A stretch of DNA of 64,000 bases from assembly GCA_003246765.1 (NCBI GenBank), contig QKDA01000231.1, forward strand, positions 25-64,024, given 5' to 3'. A program made the position numbers and the translations under genes. Position 1 is the first letter of the stretch, and every line of letters starts with the position of its first letter. Positions 52,835 through 63,871 of this stretch are shown here, piece by piece. A model generated the notes under the pieces. That model saw only the letters and a program-made list of their open reading frames with translations, ran no database searches and had not been told where the DNA came from. The stretch is from Spirochaetales bacterium. GTDB lineage: Bacteria; Spirochaetota; Spirochaetia; Treponematales; Treponemataceae.

Positions 52835-55030
52835 ATGAGTGAAATTTCCCTCTTTCCGGCCGAAAAGTTCGGCTATGGTTTCGTTTCTCCCGAGTTCCTG
52901 CCCGAAGGCCGGGACGAGTACTGGTGCCGCGACATTCAGAGCAACGCCGCGGACCACTCGTGGCGCCCCCTCAATCCCGAGGAGATAGAGGCCCTGGTAA
53001 GGAACGGCAACACCTGCACCAACTGGGGAAATCTCCTGGTGGAAGAACCCTTCGACCCAAATCTCGTCAAGAACTCGATGTTCGCGGGCTTGGTGCGCAT
53101 AGGGGCCCTGGAAAACCATTACCTGAAGTACCACGATTTCATGGTGCCCGCGGGGATAACGAACAGCAGGGTCATTTCCTGCGATATCGGGGACAACTGC
53201 GCCATTCACGACTGCGCCCACCTTTCCCACTATATACTCGGCGACCGGGTTATCCTCAGCCGCATCGACGAGATGGCCTCCACGGATCACGCCAAATTCG
53301 GCGAGGGAATACTGAAAGAGGGTGAACCGGAGTCGGTACGGGTCTGGATTGACCCCATTAACGAGGCCGGGGGCCGCTCCATTCTCCCCTTCGCCGAGAT
53401 GATCTGCGCCGACGCCTACCTGTGGTCGGTGTACCGGGACGACCGGGAACTCATGGCAAAGCTCCAGGAGATCACCCAAAAGGGGGCGGATCCTCGACGG
53501 GGATGGTACGGCACCGTGGGCAACGGGAGCGTCATCAAGAGCTGCAGGATCATCAAGGACGTCCGCTTCGGACCGGCCTCCTACGTGAAGGGAGCCAATA
53601 AACTCAAGAACCTCACGATCAAGTCGAGCCTATCCGAGCCGAGTCAGATAGGGGAGGGCGTGGAGCTCGTGAACGGCATCGTGGGCTACGGCTGCCACAT
53701 ATTCTACGGGGTGAAGGCGGTGCGTTTCGTGCTCGGGAACAACTCGAGCCTCAAGTACGGCGCCCGGCTCATTCACTCGGTGCTCGGAGACAATTCGACC
53801 ATCTCCTGCTGCGAGGTTCTCAATAACCTGGTTTTTCCCGCCCATGAACAGCATCACAACAACTCCTTCCTCATTGCCTCCATGGTGATGGGACAGTCCA
53901 ACATGGCCGCGGGGGCCACCGTGGGGTCCAACCACAACAGCCGCGGGAACGACGGGGAGATCATCGCGGGCCGGGGCTTTTGGCCGGGGCTTTCCACCAC
54001 CCTCAAGCATAACTGCCGATTCGCGAGCTATACCCTGCTTACCAAGGGGAACTACCCCTCGGAGCTAAACATACCCCTCCCGTTCAGCCTGCTGATCGAC
54101 AACGAACAGCAGAACCGCCTCGAGGTGATGCCCGCCTACTGGTGGCTGTACAACATGTACGCCCTGGAGCGGAACAGCTGGAAGTACCGTACCCGGGACA
54201 AGCGAAAGACCGTGGTCCAGCATATCGAGGCGGACCATCTTGCCCCGGACACGGCAAGGGAGATACTCGAGGCCATGGACCTCCTGGAATACTGGACCGG
54301 GAAGGCCCTGGCGGTTTCCAAGGGGGAGGATCCAGGGCGAACGGATAGGGCAGCCCTCGCGGCCCAGGGCCGGGACCTGTTGCGAAACAAACCCGAGACG
54401 GCCCGGGACCTTTTCGTCGCCGGGGAGATGATGGAGCGCTCCAAGCGTCCGGTACGCATCCTTAAGCCCGCCCAGGCCTGGAACGCCTATCGGGAAATGC
54501 TCCTTTTCTACGGGGTTCGCTCCATCGCGGCCTATCTTCACCGCTTCGGCATCCATTACGGCTATTTCGCCGCCCAGGTGCCCCGCGAGGTGTCCCTGGA
54601 CTGGGTTAACCTCGGGGGACAGCTCGTGAGCGGGTCCAAGGTAGACGGCTTGAGGGCCGGAATCCGTACGGGCCTTTTCACGAGCTGGGCTGAGATTCAT
54701 GAGCAATACGAGTCGTGGTGGACGGTCTACCCGAAGGAGAGGGCCGAGAACGCCTACGAGGTTCTTCGCCGGCTAACGGGGCTTTCCGACATCGACGCCG
54801 CCGCCTGGAATTCCCTTTTGGATGAGGCCCTCCGCATCCGCCGGTTCGTGGAGGAGCAGGTGTACGTCACCAAGGCGAAGGATTATTCCAACCCCTTCCG
54901 CAGCATAACCTACCGGAACGACGCGGAACGGGACGCCGTGCTCGGCCGGGTTGAGGACAACTCCTTCATCAAGACCGCGAAAAAGGAGACCGAGGAGTTC
55001 ACGGCCATGATTGAAGCGGTGAGGGCCTAA
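52835..55030 (+). CDS. DUF4954-like protein with left-handed beta-helix repeats
   Basis: ATG 52835. The N-terminal block [48 protein letters not shown] and the hexapeptide-like repeats match my recollection of DUF4954 proteins. Confidence 0.55.
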   Translation: MSEISLFPAEKFGYGFVSPEFLPEGRDEYWCRDIQSNAADHSWRPLNPEEIEALVRNGNTCTNWGNLLVEEPFDPNLVKNSMFAGLVRIGALENHYLKYHDFMVPAGITNSRVISCDIGDNCAIHDCAHLSHYILGDRVILSRIDEMASTDHAKFGEGILKEGEPESVRVWIDPINEAGGRSILPFAEMICADAYLWSVYRDDRELMAKLQEITQKGADPRRGWYGTVGNGSVIKSCRIIKDVRFGPASYVKGANKLKNLTIKSSLSEPSQIGEGVELVNGIVGYGCHIFYGVKAVRFVLGNNSSLKYGARLIHSVLGDNSTISCCEVLNNLVFPAHEQHHNNSFLIASMVMGQSNMAAGATVGSNHNSRGNDGEIIAGRGFWPGLSTTLKHNCRFASYTLLTKGNYPSELNIPLPFSLLIDNEQQNRLEVMPAYWWLYNMYALERNSWKYRTRDKRKTVVQHIEADHLAPDTAREILEAMDLLEYWTGKALAVSKGEDPGRTDRAALAAQGRDLLRNKPETARDLFVAGEMMERSKRPVRILKPAQAWNAYREMLLFYGVRSIAAYLHRFGIHYGYFAAQVPREVSLDWVNLGGQLVSGSKVDGLRAGIRTGLFTSWAEIHEQYESWWTVYPKERAENAYEVLRRLTGLSDIDAAAWNSLLDEALRIRRFVEEQVYVTKAKDYSNPFRSITYRNDAERDAVLGRVEDNSFIKTAKKETEEFTAMIEAVRA

Positions 55031-55032
55031 CC

Positions 55033-55932
55033 GTGTCCTTGACGCTGAAGAAGGGTGATCTCCGGCTTTCAGTCGAGGAGGCCGGAGAAAAATACCGGGG
55101 TACCCGTTTTGACCGCAACGGGACGGTGGTTTCCGCCCGTTTCAGGGGTAAGGAGCTGCTTTCCGACGAAAAGCCCCGGTTTCAGCGGGATCGTCGGCGG
55201 TTTGGGCGGGGACTTCACAATGAGTTCGGAATTCTCCGGGCGGTAGGGTACGACGAAATACCTACGGGCGGCTGGTTTCCGAAAATCGGCGTCGGCTGGC
55301 TCCAGAAGGACGCCCTTCCCTATGCCTTTCACCGCGAGTACGCCCTTGACCCCATATCCTTTGAGGTAGCCGAGCTGGAGCCTCATCGGGCCTTGTTCCG
55401 CTGCGTTTCGGGGGAGCGAAACGGTTATGCCTACGAGTATGACAAGGAGATCGAGGCGGGGGAGGGGGAGTTCACCGTCCGCTACAGGCTTGAAAACCGC
55501 GGCTCCAAGAGGATCGTGACGGACGAGTATTCCCATAATTTTGTCCTTCCCGGCGGCGGCCCCGTGGGATCCCGCTATCGCCTGGAGTTTCCCTGGTCCC
55601 CGCGGACGGACTGTTTTGACGAATTCGTGGATCCCGAGGGCCTTCTTTCGCTTACGGGAGGAACCCTAGGCTTTACCGGCTCCGTCGGCCGGGTGTTCTT
55701 CATCGGGGGGCTCGCGAACGGCGTTGGCGAACGGGACGGGCTCGCGGCTTCCTGGACCCTCCGGGACCTCAAAACCGGCCTGTGCCTGCGCGAGTCCGGT
55801 TCCTTTATTCCCACGGGGGTTAACCTCTGGGGACACCGGGGGGTCATAAGCCCGGAGCTGTTCTTTTCCCTCGCGGTTGAGGGAGGCAATATCGTTTCCT
55901 GGGAGCGCCGCTTTCAGGTGTGGCAGGACTAA
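55033..55932 (+). CDS. Hypothetical protein, possibly with a mutarotase-like fold
   Basis: GTG start 3 nt after the upstream stop, with coding-like composition. No diagnostic motif. Confidence 0.45.
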   Translation: MSLTLKKGDLRLSVEEAGEKYRGTRFDRNGTVVSARFRGKELLSDEKPRFQRDRRRFGRGLHNEFGILRAVGYDEIPTGGWFPKIGVGWLQKDALPYAFHREYALDPISFEVAELEPHRALFRCVSGERNGYAYEYDKEIEAGEGEFTVRYRLENRGSKRIVTDEYSHNFVLPGGGPVGSRYRLEFPWSPRTDCFDEFVDPEGLLSLTGGTLGFTGSVGRVFFIGGLANGVGERDGLAASWTLRDLKTGLCLRESGSFIPTGVNLWGHRGVISPELFFSLAVEGGNIVSWERRFQVWQD

Positions 55933-55975
55933 AGGCCAAACCGGGCATGGAACGCCCTAACGGGCATGGAACGCC

Positions 55976-57136
55976 CTAACGGGCGTTCTCGCCGTCGTAA
56001 ACCCGGGGTACCCGCTTGTTGATGCCGCAAGTAACCTCGTAGGGAATGGTACCGAGGATTTCCGCCAGGGTTTCCGCCGTAGGGGAGGGAACCTCGGGAA
56101 TCTTCTCTTCCGCGGGGTTTCCCGTGGGCCCGAAGACTACCACCCTGTCCCATCGCTGTACCCAGGGGTCGGCGCCGAGATCCACCATGCACTGATCCAT
56201 GCAAATTTTACCCACGATCGGAAACAGACCGTCGCCGATGCGTACTCGAAGCCCCGGCGACAGCTTTCGGGGAAGGCCGTCGGCGTACCCGATCGGCAGG
56301 GTCCCGATCCAGGTGTCTTCCGGGGCGCACCAGGATCTTCCGTAGGATACCGGGCATCCGGCCATGATTTTTTTCATCGCCACTACCCTGGTCTCTAGTT
56401 CCATGACGGGCACCACCGGGATGCGGCCCTCCAGGTCCGCCGAGGGGGCGTATCCGTAGGTGAGGATTCCCGGCCGCACCATGTCGTAGTGGGACTCGGG
56501 AAACTGCACGATGGCGCCGGAGTTCGCGGCGTGGAGGATTCCCGGGTCGACTCCGGCCTGCCTGATCGTTTCCACCGCGGCGTCGAACCGGTTCAGTTGT
56601 TCCCGGGTATATTCAATGTCTTCTTGGGCGGCGGAATCCGCCACGGAAAGGTGGGTGGCGGTGCCGGCGAGCTCCAGGTTCCGGTGCCTGCCGATGAGGC
56701 GGGCCAGTTCCGCGGCGTTTTCCGGGGAACAGCCGATCCGGTTCATGCCAGTGTCGATCTTCAGGTGCACGGGAACCTGGCGCCCCTTCATCTTCGCCAC
56801 CCGGGCGAGATCCTCAATAAACTCCGAGTCCACTACCAGGGGGGAGAGCTCGTAATCGATTATGGAGGGAATTTCCTCGGGGATGGGAAGGCTCAGGGAA
56901 AGGATGGGCGTGACGATTCCCGCCTCCCTTAGGTCTATGCCTTCCTGCACCGAGGCCACGGCGAGATGGGTCGCCCCGGCGCGGATGGCCGCAATGGCGA
57001 CCCGAATGGCCCCGTGCCCGTAGGCATCGGCCTTTACGGGCACGCACAGCCTGGTTCCGGGAGAAAGAAAGCGCCGGATGGAGGCAATGTTGCTTTGTAA
57101 ATTTCCGAGGTGTATGATTGCTCTGGTTGCGCGCAT
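55976..57136 (-). CDS. alr: Alanine racemase
   Basis: ATG 57136 gives MRATRAIIHLGNLQSNI. PLP-lysine block VPVKADAYGHGA, plus YGYAPS and GKICMDQCMVD. Confidence 0.9.
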   Translation of the reverse strand: MRATRAIIHLGNLQSNIASIRRFLSPGTRLCVPVKADAYGHGAIRVAIAAIRAGATHLAVASVQEGIDLREAGIVTPILSLSLPIPEEIPSIIDYELSPLVVDSEFIEDLARVAKMKGRQVPVHLKIDTGMNRIGCSPENAAELARLIGRHRNLELAGTATHLSVADSAAQEDIEYTREQLNRFDAAVETIRQAGVDPGILHAANSGAIVQFPESHYDMVRPGILTYGYAPSADLEGRIPVVPVMELETRVVAMKKIMAGCPVSYGRSWCAPEDTWIGTLPIGYADGLPRKLSPGLRVRIGDGLFPIVGKICMDQCMVDLGADPWVQRWDRVVVFGPTGNPAEEKIPEVPSPTAETLAEILGTIPYEVTCGINKRVPRVYDGENAR

Positions 57137-57245
57137 GGGGTATTGTACTCCGCGGGGATTTTCTTCGCAAGAAGCGGACGGAGGGGGTAATAAAGCCTTT
57201 TTCGTGCTATCATCTTCCCCATCAACAATAGTTCGAGGTTTTCCG

Positions 57246-58367
57246 ATGTACCGCATGCTTGCTCTCTTTATTTCACTGTCCCTTTTCGTGTGTTCCTGCG
57301 CCAGCGCCTCTCCCGCCCCCGGGACCTCCGCCGCGTCGGGAAGGTCCGCTTCCGGCAAGAGCCCCCAGGCGGAAAAAATCCAGTCGCTGCCTTCAGGCTT
57401 TGAGTCCGCCGTGTCGGACCTGCTCGCGCGCCGGGATTTTCTCGGCGCCGTGGAGGCTTACGAGTCCGCCGTCGGGGGCCTTCCCCCGAATGCCGCCGCC
57501 CAGGCCCCGGGAACCGCGGAGACCCTTGAGAGGGTCCGCGCCTCCATTGGCGACGCAGTCCGGGGCATAAGCCTCACCCCGGTCTCCAGCCCTCCCGCCA
57601 CGGTGTCGGGAAGTCCCTTCAAGGCCCCCTTCTCGGCGGAACTGACCGGGAGCGAGGGTACGGCCCTGCCGGGCATGCCCGTGGAGGCGGAGGTTCCCTC
57701 CTTCGGCGAGGACGGCACCGTCGGAACCGAGGCGCTTTCCCTGACTACCGGCGAAGACGGCAGGGTTTCCTGGACCCCGCCGGTACCGCCCCGCTCCGTT
57801 GAGGGCGCGGTTCGCTTTTCCCTGGCCCTCCGGTCGAAGGATGCCCTTTTGGACAGCGCCCTGCGGGAGGGTTCCGGAACGGGATCCCTGTCCATGCCCT
57901 TTCTTGCGGGAACCCGCAACAAGAGCGTTCCTACGAGTATTGCCCTTTTGGACTTCGATAAAAACGGGAAACCCCTGGGGGGTATGGGCGTCTCCGCCAC
58001 GGAATGCCTTAAGCCTCTGGTGAAGATGGGCTTTTCCCGCATCGGCATGGCGGACTTTCCGAACCAGCTCGCCTCGGGCGACGAGGACGCCCTCATCGCG
58101 GCGGCGAAAAAGCTCTTCGGCTCGTCGGTGGAGCGTCTGATCTACGGGACTACCAAGGTTTCCTCGACCTCCCAGGGAGAGGACGGCGCCTGGACCGCAG
58201 TCTGCGCGACCGAAGTCTCCGTTTGGAGCTTTAAGCAGGGCGCGAAAACCTGGAGCGGCAGCGTAGAGGCTTCAGGGACGGGCAAGACCGAATCTCAGGC
58301 GATAAGCGCGGCCCGAAGCGCCGCCGCCGGGAAGGCCCTGCCCCTGAAGCTGTACTACAACCTCTAG
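57246..58367 (+). CDS. Hypothetical lipoprotein
   Basis: MYRMLALFISLSLFVCSC lipobox. Ala/Ser/Gly-rich mature protein. Confidence 0.55.
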   Translation: MYRMLALFISLSLFVCSCASASPAPGTSAASGRSASGKSPQAEKIQSLPSGFESAVSDLLARRDFLGAVEAYESAVGGLPPNAAAQAPGTAETLERVRASIGDAVRGISLTPVSSPPATVSGSPFKAPFSAELTGSEGTALPGMPVEAEVPSFGEDGTVGTEALSLTTGEDGRVSWTPPVPPRSVEGAVRFSLALRSKDALLDSALREGSGTGSLSMPFLAGTRNKSVPTSIALLDFDKNGKPLGGMGVSATECLKPLVKMGFSRIGMADFPNQLASGDEDALIAAAKKLFGSSVERLIYGTTKVSSTSQGEDGAWTAVCATEVSVWSFKQGAKTWSGSVEASGTGKTESQAISAARSAAAGKALPLKLYYNL

Positions 58368-58465
58368 AATTCCGTTTCACATTCTCCCGGTTCCCTGCTA
58401 TACTGGGGGCCGGCGAACCGGTGAAATCCGGATCGCCCTACCTCGCGGAACTGGAGAAAAGCACG

Positions 58466-60121
58466 ATGAAAGAAATGGTCCTTCTCGGCGACGAGGCGAT
58501 TGCCCTCGGGGCGATGCATGCGGGTGTGTCCGGATGCTTCGGTTACCCAGGCACGCCCTCCACCGAGATTCTCGAATACCTCGTCGACGCCTTCGAGCGC
58601 GGCGAAGGCCCCGCTGCTCGCTGGTGCGCCAACGAAAAAACCGCCTATGAATCGGCCCTGGGAGTCTCCTTCGCGGGGCGCCGGGCCATCGTCACCATGA
58701 AGCACGTGGGCCTCAACGTGGCGGCGGATCCCTTCATGAACTCGGCCCTCTGCCAGATAAAGGGGGGCCTCGTCTGCGTGGTAGCGGACGATCCCTCCAT
58801 GCACTCCAGCCAGGGAGAGCAGGATACCCGGTTCTACGCCGACTTCGCCATGGTCCCCCTGTTCGAGCCAGTGAACCAGCAGGAGGCCTACGAGATGATG
58901 GCGGAGGCCTTCGAGCTTTCGGAGCGCTTCGCGGTTCCCGTGGTCATGCGCATCGTGACCAGGCTCGCCCACTCCCGGGCGGTGGTCCGGGTCGCCGAAA
59001 AACCCCGAAGCCAGAATCCCCTCGACAAGGGGCTTCCCCAGGACTGGATGCTCCTTCCCGCCCTGGCACGGAAAAATTACGCCAAGCTCATCGACAAACA
59101 GGGACCTTTGGGGGAATGGGCTTCCTCCTGGAGCCGCAACGAGCTTGTCATCAACGAGTCCCGGAAGGACCTGGCGGTGATCACCTCGGGTCTCGGACGC
59201 AATTATTTCCGGGAGAACCTCGGGGACTACCGCGCTTCCTGCGGCGCTAAGGGCCTCCCCTCTACCCTGCACGTGGCTTCCCTTCCCCTTCCCTCGGAGC
59301 TGATCCGCAAGCTCGCGGACAGCGCGGAAACCCTCCTGGTAATCGAGGAGGGCATGCCCTTCCTGGAGAAGCAGCTGCGGGGCATCATACCGGGCAAGAA
59401 CCGGATCCTCGGAAAGTACGACGGAACCCTGCCCAGGGCGGGTGAGCTTAACCCCGATACGGTGCGCAAGGCCCTCGGCCTTCCCCCGAACAAGAGCGTT
59501 CTCGACGGCGCTCCCGCCCCGGAGCTTCCCGCCCGGCCCCCCCAGCTCTGCAAGGGCTGCCCCCATCACGATTCCTACAGTTCCCTCAACCTTGCCGTTT
59601 CCCGGCTCAACGAAAAGGAGGGCAGGGTTTCTACCGTGGTGGCCGCGGATATCGGCTGCTATGCCCTGGGCGCCGTGGCCCCCCTCAAGGCGGTGGAAAG
59701 CATCGTGTGCATGGGCGCTTCCATCGGCATGGCCCGGGGAGCCGCCGAGGCGGGCTACAAGTACGCCTTCGGCGTGATCGGGGACTCCACCTTCCTCCAT
59801 TCGGGGCTCACGGGCCTCGTGGACGCGGTTTCCTCCAAGACCCCGGTGACGGTAATAATCCTGGACAATTCCATCGTCGCCATGACCGGCTGCCAGCCCA
59901 CTATGCTCCCCTCGAGCCAGCTGGAGCAGGCGGTGCTCGGCATCGGCGTTGAAAGGGAACACCTGAAGGTCATTGAGGCCCTTCCCGGCAAGGTGGAGGA
60001 AAACGCCCGGATCCTCCAGGAAGAGGCGGAGTACCCCGGCGTTTCGGTGGTGATCTTCGTGCGGGAATGCCTCGAGGCGGTCCGGCTCCGGAAAAAAAGA
60101 GAGGCCGTAACCCATGGCTGA
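58466..60121 (+). CDS. iorA: Indolepyruvate:ferredoxin oxidoreductase, alpha subunit
   Basis: MKEMVLLGDEAIALGAMHAGVSGCFGYPGTPSTEILEY, CKGCPH and GDSTFLHSG (TPP block). Confidence 0.85.
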   Translation: MKEMVLLGDEAIALGAMHAGVSGCFGYPGTPSTEILEYLVDAFERGEGPAARWCANEKTAYESALGVSFAGRRAIVTMKHVGLNVAADPFMNSALCQIKGGLVCVVADDPSMHSSQGEQDTRFYADFAMVPLFEPVNQQEAYEMMAEAFELSERFAVPVVMRIVTRLAHSRAVVRVAEKPRSQNPLDKGLPQDWMLLPALARKNYAKLIDKQGPLGEWASSWSRNELVINESRKDLAVITSGLGRNYFRENLGDYRASCGAKGLPSTLHVASLPLPSELIRKLADSAETLLVIEEGMPFLEKQLRGIIPGKNRILGKYDGTLPRAGELNPDTVRKALGLPPNKSVLDGAPAPELPARPPQLCKGCPHHDSYSSLNLAVSRLNEKEGRVSTVVAADIGCYALGAVAPLKAVESIVCMGASIGMARGAAEAGYKYAFGVIGDSTFLHSGLTGLVDAVSSKTPVTVIILDNSIVAMTGCQPTMLPSSQLEQAVLGIGVEREHLKVIEALPGKVEENARILQEEAEYPGVSVVIFVRECLEAVRLRKKREAVTHG

Positions 60122-61908
60122 GGCTGAGAAAAAGCCGCCCCGATGGAGCCTCGACTCCGTGTTCCGGGGCTTTGAGGATCCTGCCTACGGGGCGGCGAAG
60201 GAGAATCTTGGGCGTCTCGCCGCGGAATACCTCGCCCATCTTGACCGCGCATCCGGCGGGAAGCTCCCTCCGGAAGGCTTCGCCTCCTGGCTTGCCGGGG
60301 CCCTCTCCCTCCAGGAGAGGCTGTCGACCCTGGCCCGTACCCTGGAGGCCTATTGCGGCGTCGTGTACACCACGGATACCTCCAATCCCAAGGCCATGGC
60401 GGAAATTAACGCCGTGGAGGAAATATCCCTCCCCTTGGCGAAGGCCTCGGTGATCTTCGCGGACATTCTCGCTTCCCGGGAGGCCGAAACCCGTTCCCTC
60501 ATCGAGGGCGACAGCTCGATCGGCCGCTTCGCCTTTCACCTGGAAGACGCCCTCTTCTGGCAAAAAAAGTCCCTTTCCCCCGCCGAGGAAGACCTTGCGG
60601 CGGACCTGGCCCGCTCCGGGGCCGACGCTTGGGGCCGTCTCCAGGAACAGCTTACCTCGTCGGCGGACTGCCTTTGGGACGAGGCCACGGGAGAACGCAA
60701 AACCCTGGTGGAGCTCCGTTCCCTCGCCTTTGACCCGGACCGCTCGGTTCGGGAGAAGGCTTTCCGGAAGGAGCAGGAGGTGTGCCGGTCCGTGGAGCTC
60801 TCCGTGGCGGCCTGCATCAACGGCATCAAGGGCGCGAACCACACCATGAACTCTCGGCGTTCCTGGGAGGCGGACCTCGACAAGGCCGTGGCCCAGGGCC
60901 GGCTTTCAAGGAAGGCACTCTCGGCCCTCATCGGGGCCATGGAAGAAACCCTTCCCCACTGGCGGCGGTACCTAAAGGCCAAGGCCCGGCTCATGGGCCT
61001 TCCGGCCCTGAAGTTTTACGACCTCTTCGCCCCCGTGGGTTCCGCCTCCCCCTCCTATTCCTGGGAAGACGTGGAGCGGACGGTGGTCGAGAACTTTGAA
61101 AGCTTTTCTCCCCGGCTCGCCGGTTTCGCCCGGAGGGCCTTCGATTCCTCCTGGATCGACGCGGAAAGCCGGAACGGGAAGGTGGGAGGCGCCTACTGCA
61201 CCGATATGCCCCTGGTGAAGGAAACCCGGGTCCTGTGCAACTTTGACGGGAGCTTCAACACGGTGACTACCGTGGCCCACGAGCTCGGCCACGCCTTCCA
61301 CTCCTGGGTGCTTAAGGACGAAAGCTCCCTGCACCAGGACTATCCCATGACCCTGGCGGAAACCGCCTCGATCTTCGCGGAGACCATCGTGTTCCACTCG
61401 GTCCTCGAAAAGGCCTCTCCCGAGGAAAAGCTGACCCTTCTGGAAGCCCACCTGCAGGACGGATGCCAGATCCTGGTGGATATCCTGTCGAGGTTCTACT
61501 TCGAGACTTCCCTTCTGGAGTCCCGGGCGAAGGCTGAGGCAAGCGCCGAGGAACTTAAGGAGAAGATGCTCGCCGCCCAGCGGCGGCCTCGCGGAGGACG
61601 GGTACCACCCCTACATGTGGCTGGTGAAGCCCCACTATTACAGCTACGGCCTGGACTTTTACAACTTCCCCTATGCCTTCGGCCAGCTTTTCGGCATGGC
61701 CCTCTACGCCCGGTTCCAACAGGAAGGCCCCTCCTTCGCCTCGGCGTACGAGGACCTGCTCCGGGAAACCGGACGCATGGACGCGGTGGCCCTTACCAGG
61801 CAGGCGGGCTTTGACATTGAGGATCCCGGGTTCTGGAAGGGGGGGATTGACCTCTTTATCCGTGACATCGACGCTTTTGAAAAACTTGTGGAGGAGAAGT
61901 CCAAATGA
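60114..61908 (+). pseudogene. M3B oligoendopeptidase (PepF-like) with a frameshift near the 3' end
   Basis: HELGHAFH zinc motif. At about 61581-61587 the frame changes: ...KEKMLAAQR, then GLAEDGYHPYMWLVKPHYYSYGLDFYNFPYAFG continues in the frame of ORF 61615-61908. Confidence 0.75.
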
Positions 61909-62486
61909 ATTTCGATATAATCCTCGCCGGCGTAGGCGGGCAGGGAGTGCTTTCCATAGCGACGGTGATCGCCCGTTCCGCCATGAAGGACGGCCTTGAA
62001 GTCCGCCAGTCCGAGGTTCACGGCATGAGCCAGCGGGGTGGCGGCGTACAGGCCCACATGCGGATCGCCGACCACAAGATAGACAGCGACCTCATCCCCT
62101 CGGGTGGCGCCGACATGATTTTGGCCATGGAGCCCGTGGAGAGCCTGCGCTACCTTTCATTCCTCAAGGCCGACGGCATCGTGGTGACCGCCGCGGAACC
62201 CTTCGTGAACATACCCGACTATCCCTCGCTTGACTCGATCCTGGAAGCGGTGAAGAAACTCCCCCGAAGCCGGGTGGTGGAGGCGGAGCGTCTCGCCCGG
62301 GAGGCGGGAAACCTCAAGTCGGTGAACATGGTCCTCATCGGGGCGGCCCTGGACGTGCTCCCCGTAAAGGGGGAAACCGTGGAGGCGGGGGTGAGGGAAA
62401 CCTTCGCGAAAAAGGACCCGCGGCTCGTGGAGGTTAACCTCAAGGCCCTGGAGCTCGGCCGTTCCGCCGCCGGGACCGGAAGGTGA
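61905..62486 (+). CDS. iorB: Indolepyruvate:ferredoxin oxidoreductase, beta subunit
   Basis: MNFDIILAGVGGQGVLSIATVIA, VHGMSQRGGGV. The ATG overlaps the pepF-like stop (ATGA). Confidence 0.85.
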   Translation: MNFDIILAGVGGQGVLSIATVIARSAMKDGLEVRQSEVHGMSQRGGGVQAHMRIADHKIDSDLIPSGGADMILAMEPVESLRYLSFLKADGIVVTAAEPFVNIPDYPSLDSILEAVKKLPRSRVVEAERLAREAGNLKSVNMVLIGAALDVLPVKGETVEAGVRETFAKKDPRLVEVNLKALELGRSAAGTGR

Positions 62487-63835
62487 ACGCCGCCATACCA
62501 GCGGGGGACGGGCGGAAGAGGCCGACCCCCTTCAGGGACCGGCCGGTGGAAACCGCTTCCCGCGAAACCATCGAGGCGATTCAGCTCGAGGGCCTCAAGC
62601 GGCAGATAGAGCTGGCCCTGAAGACGCCCTTTTACCGGGACAGGCTCGCTGAGGCGGGAATCGCGGGCCCTGACGACATCGAAAGCCTCGCGGATATCCG
62701 AAAAATACCCTTCACCGCCAAGGGCGACCTGAGGGAGGCGTATCCCTTCGGGCTCCTCGCGGTACCCAGAAAGGACGTCGTGCGGGTGCACGCCTCCTCG
62801 GGCACTACGGGAATTCCCACGGTGATCTACCTCACCCAAAAGGATCTCGACCTCGCCAGCGACACCATGGCCCGCTGCCTCACCGCGGCGGGGGGCTCCA
62901 GCGACGACGTGGTCCAGAATATGATGACCTACGGCCTCTTTACCGGGGGGCTGTGCTTCCATTACGGGGCGGAGCTTATGGGGGCCATGGTGATTCCCAC
63001 CAGCTCCGGCAACACGATCCGGCAGCTGAAGTTCATGCAGGACTTCGGCACTACCATGATCCACGCCACCCCGAGCTATCTTCTCCATCTCCACAAGGCG
63101 ATCGAGGAGGGGGGCATGAACCGGGGCGACCTGAAGCTCCGCCGGGCGGTGACCGGGGCGGAACCCCATTCGGAGGAGCTCCGCCGCAAGATAGAGGAAA
63201 AGCTCGGCATCGAGGTGTACAACTGTTACGGCATGAGCGAGCTTAACGGCCCCGGGGTCGCCTTCGAGTGCGTCTACCGCGACGGCATGCACGCCTGGGA
63301 AGACCGGTACATTCTGGAAATTCTCGATCCCGAAACCTTTGAGCCCGTTCCCGACGGGGAGGAGGGGGAGCTGGTAGTGACCATCCTCTGCCGGGAGGCC
63401 ATGCCCCTGCTCCGGTACCGAACCCGGGACCTCACCCGCTTCATTCCCGGTCAGTGCGCCTGCGGCAGGACCCACCGCCGCCTGGCCCGCTTCACGGGCC
63501 GCACCGACGACATGCTCATCATCAACGGGGTGAACGTGTTCCCGAGCCAGATAGAGGAGGTGCTCCTCCGCACCAAGGGGGTGGGGGCCAACTGGTTCAT
63601 CATCGTCGAGAAGGAGGGGGAGCTCGACCGGCTCACGGTGCAGGTGGAGATTACCGCAGAAACCTTCGCCGACGACGCGAGGGTCATCAACGCCCTGAGG
63701 GAACGCCTCCGGGAGGAGCTCTCGGCCCTCATCACGATCAAGCCCGCGGTGGAGATCAAGCAGCCGGGCTCCCTGCCGGTGTCCGAGGGCAAGGCCAAGC
63801 GGGTGGAGGACCGGCGGGCCCTTAGCGAGCGGTAG
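62483..63835 (+). CDS. paaK: Phenylacetate-CoA ligase family protein
   Basis: IRKIPFTAKGDLREAYPFGLLA, VHASSGTTGIPTV, YGMSELNGPGVA, and a C-terminal ACT-like region. The GTG start overlaps the iorB stop. Confidence 0.85.
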   Translation: MNAAIPAGDGRKRPTPFRDRPVETASRETIEAIQLEGLKRQIELALKTPFYRDRLAEAGIAGPDDIESLADIRKIPFTAKGDLREAYPFGLLAVPRKDVVRVHASSGTTGIPTVIYLTQKDLDLASDTMARCLTAAGGSSDDVVQNMMTYGLFTGGLCFHYGAELMGAMVIPTSSGNTIRQLKFMQDFGTTMIHATPSYLLHLHKAIEEGGMNRGDLKLRRAVTGAEPHSEELRRKIEEKLGIEVYNCYGMSELNGPGVAFECVYRDGMHAWEDRYILEILDPETFEPVPDGEEGELVVTILCREAMPLLRYRTRDLTRFIPGQCACGRTHRRLARFTGRTDDMLIINGVNVFPSQIEEVLLRTKGVGANWFIIVEKEGELDRLTVQVEITAETFADDARVINALRERLREELSALITIKPAVEIKQPGSLPVSEGKAKRVEDRRALSER

Positions 63836-63871
63836 GAAGTCCTCTGTTCGGGCAGCTTACGGTCATGGCAG

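Noticed and set aside
58364-60115. Very long ORFs antisense to well-supported genes: 583 aa opposite iorA, 442 aa at 2256-3584 opposite the AAA ATPase, 384 aa at 22397-23551 opposite wzx, 437 aa at 50868-52181 opposite gnd, 418 aa at 62219-63475 opposite paaK, 290 aa at 59970-60842 and others.
   Set aside because: Their products are low-complexity Arg/Gly/Pro/His-rich strings with no motifs. Each is a mirror of a gene with strong family signatures. This is typical stop-codon depletion on the antisense strand of high-GC DNA.
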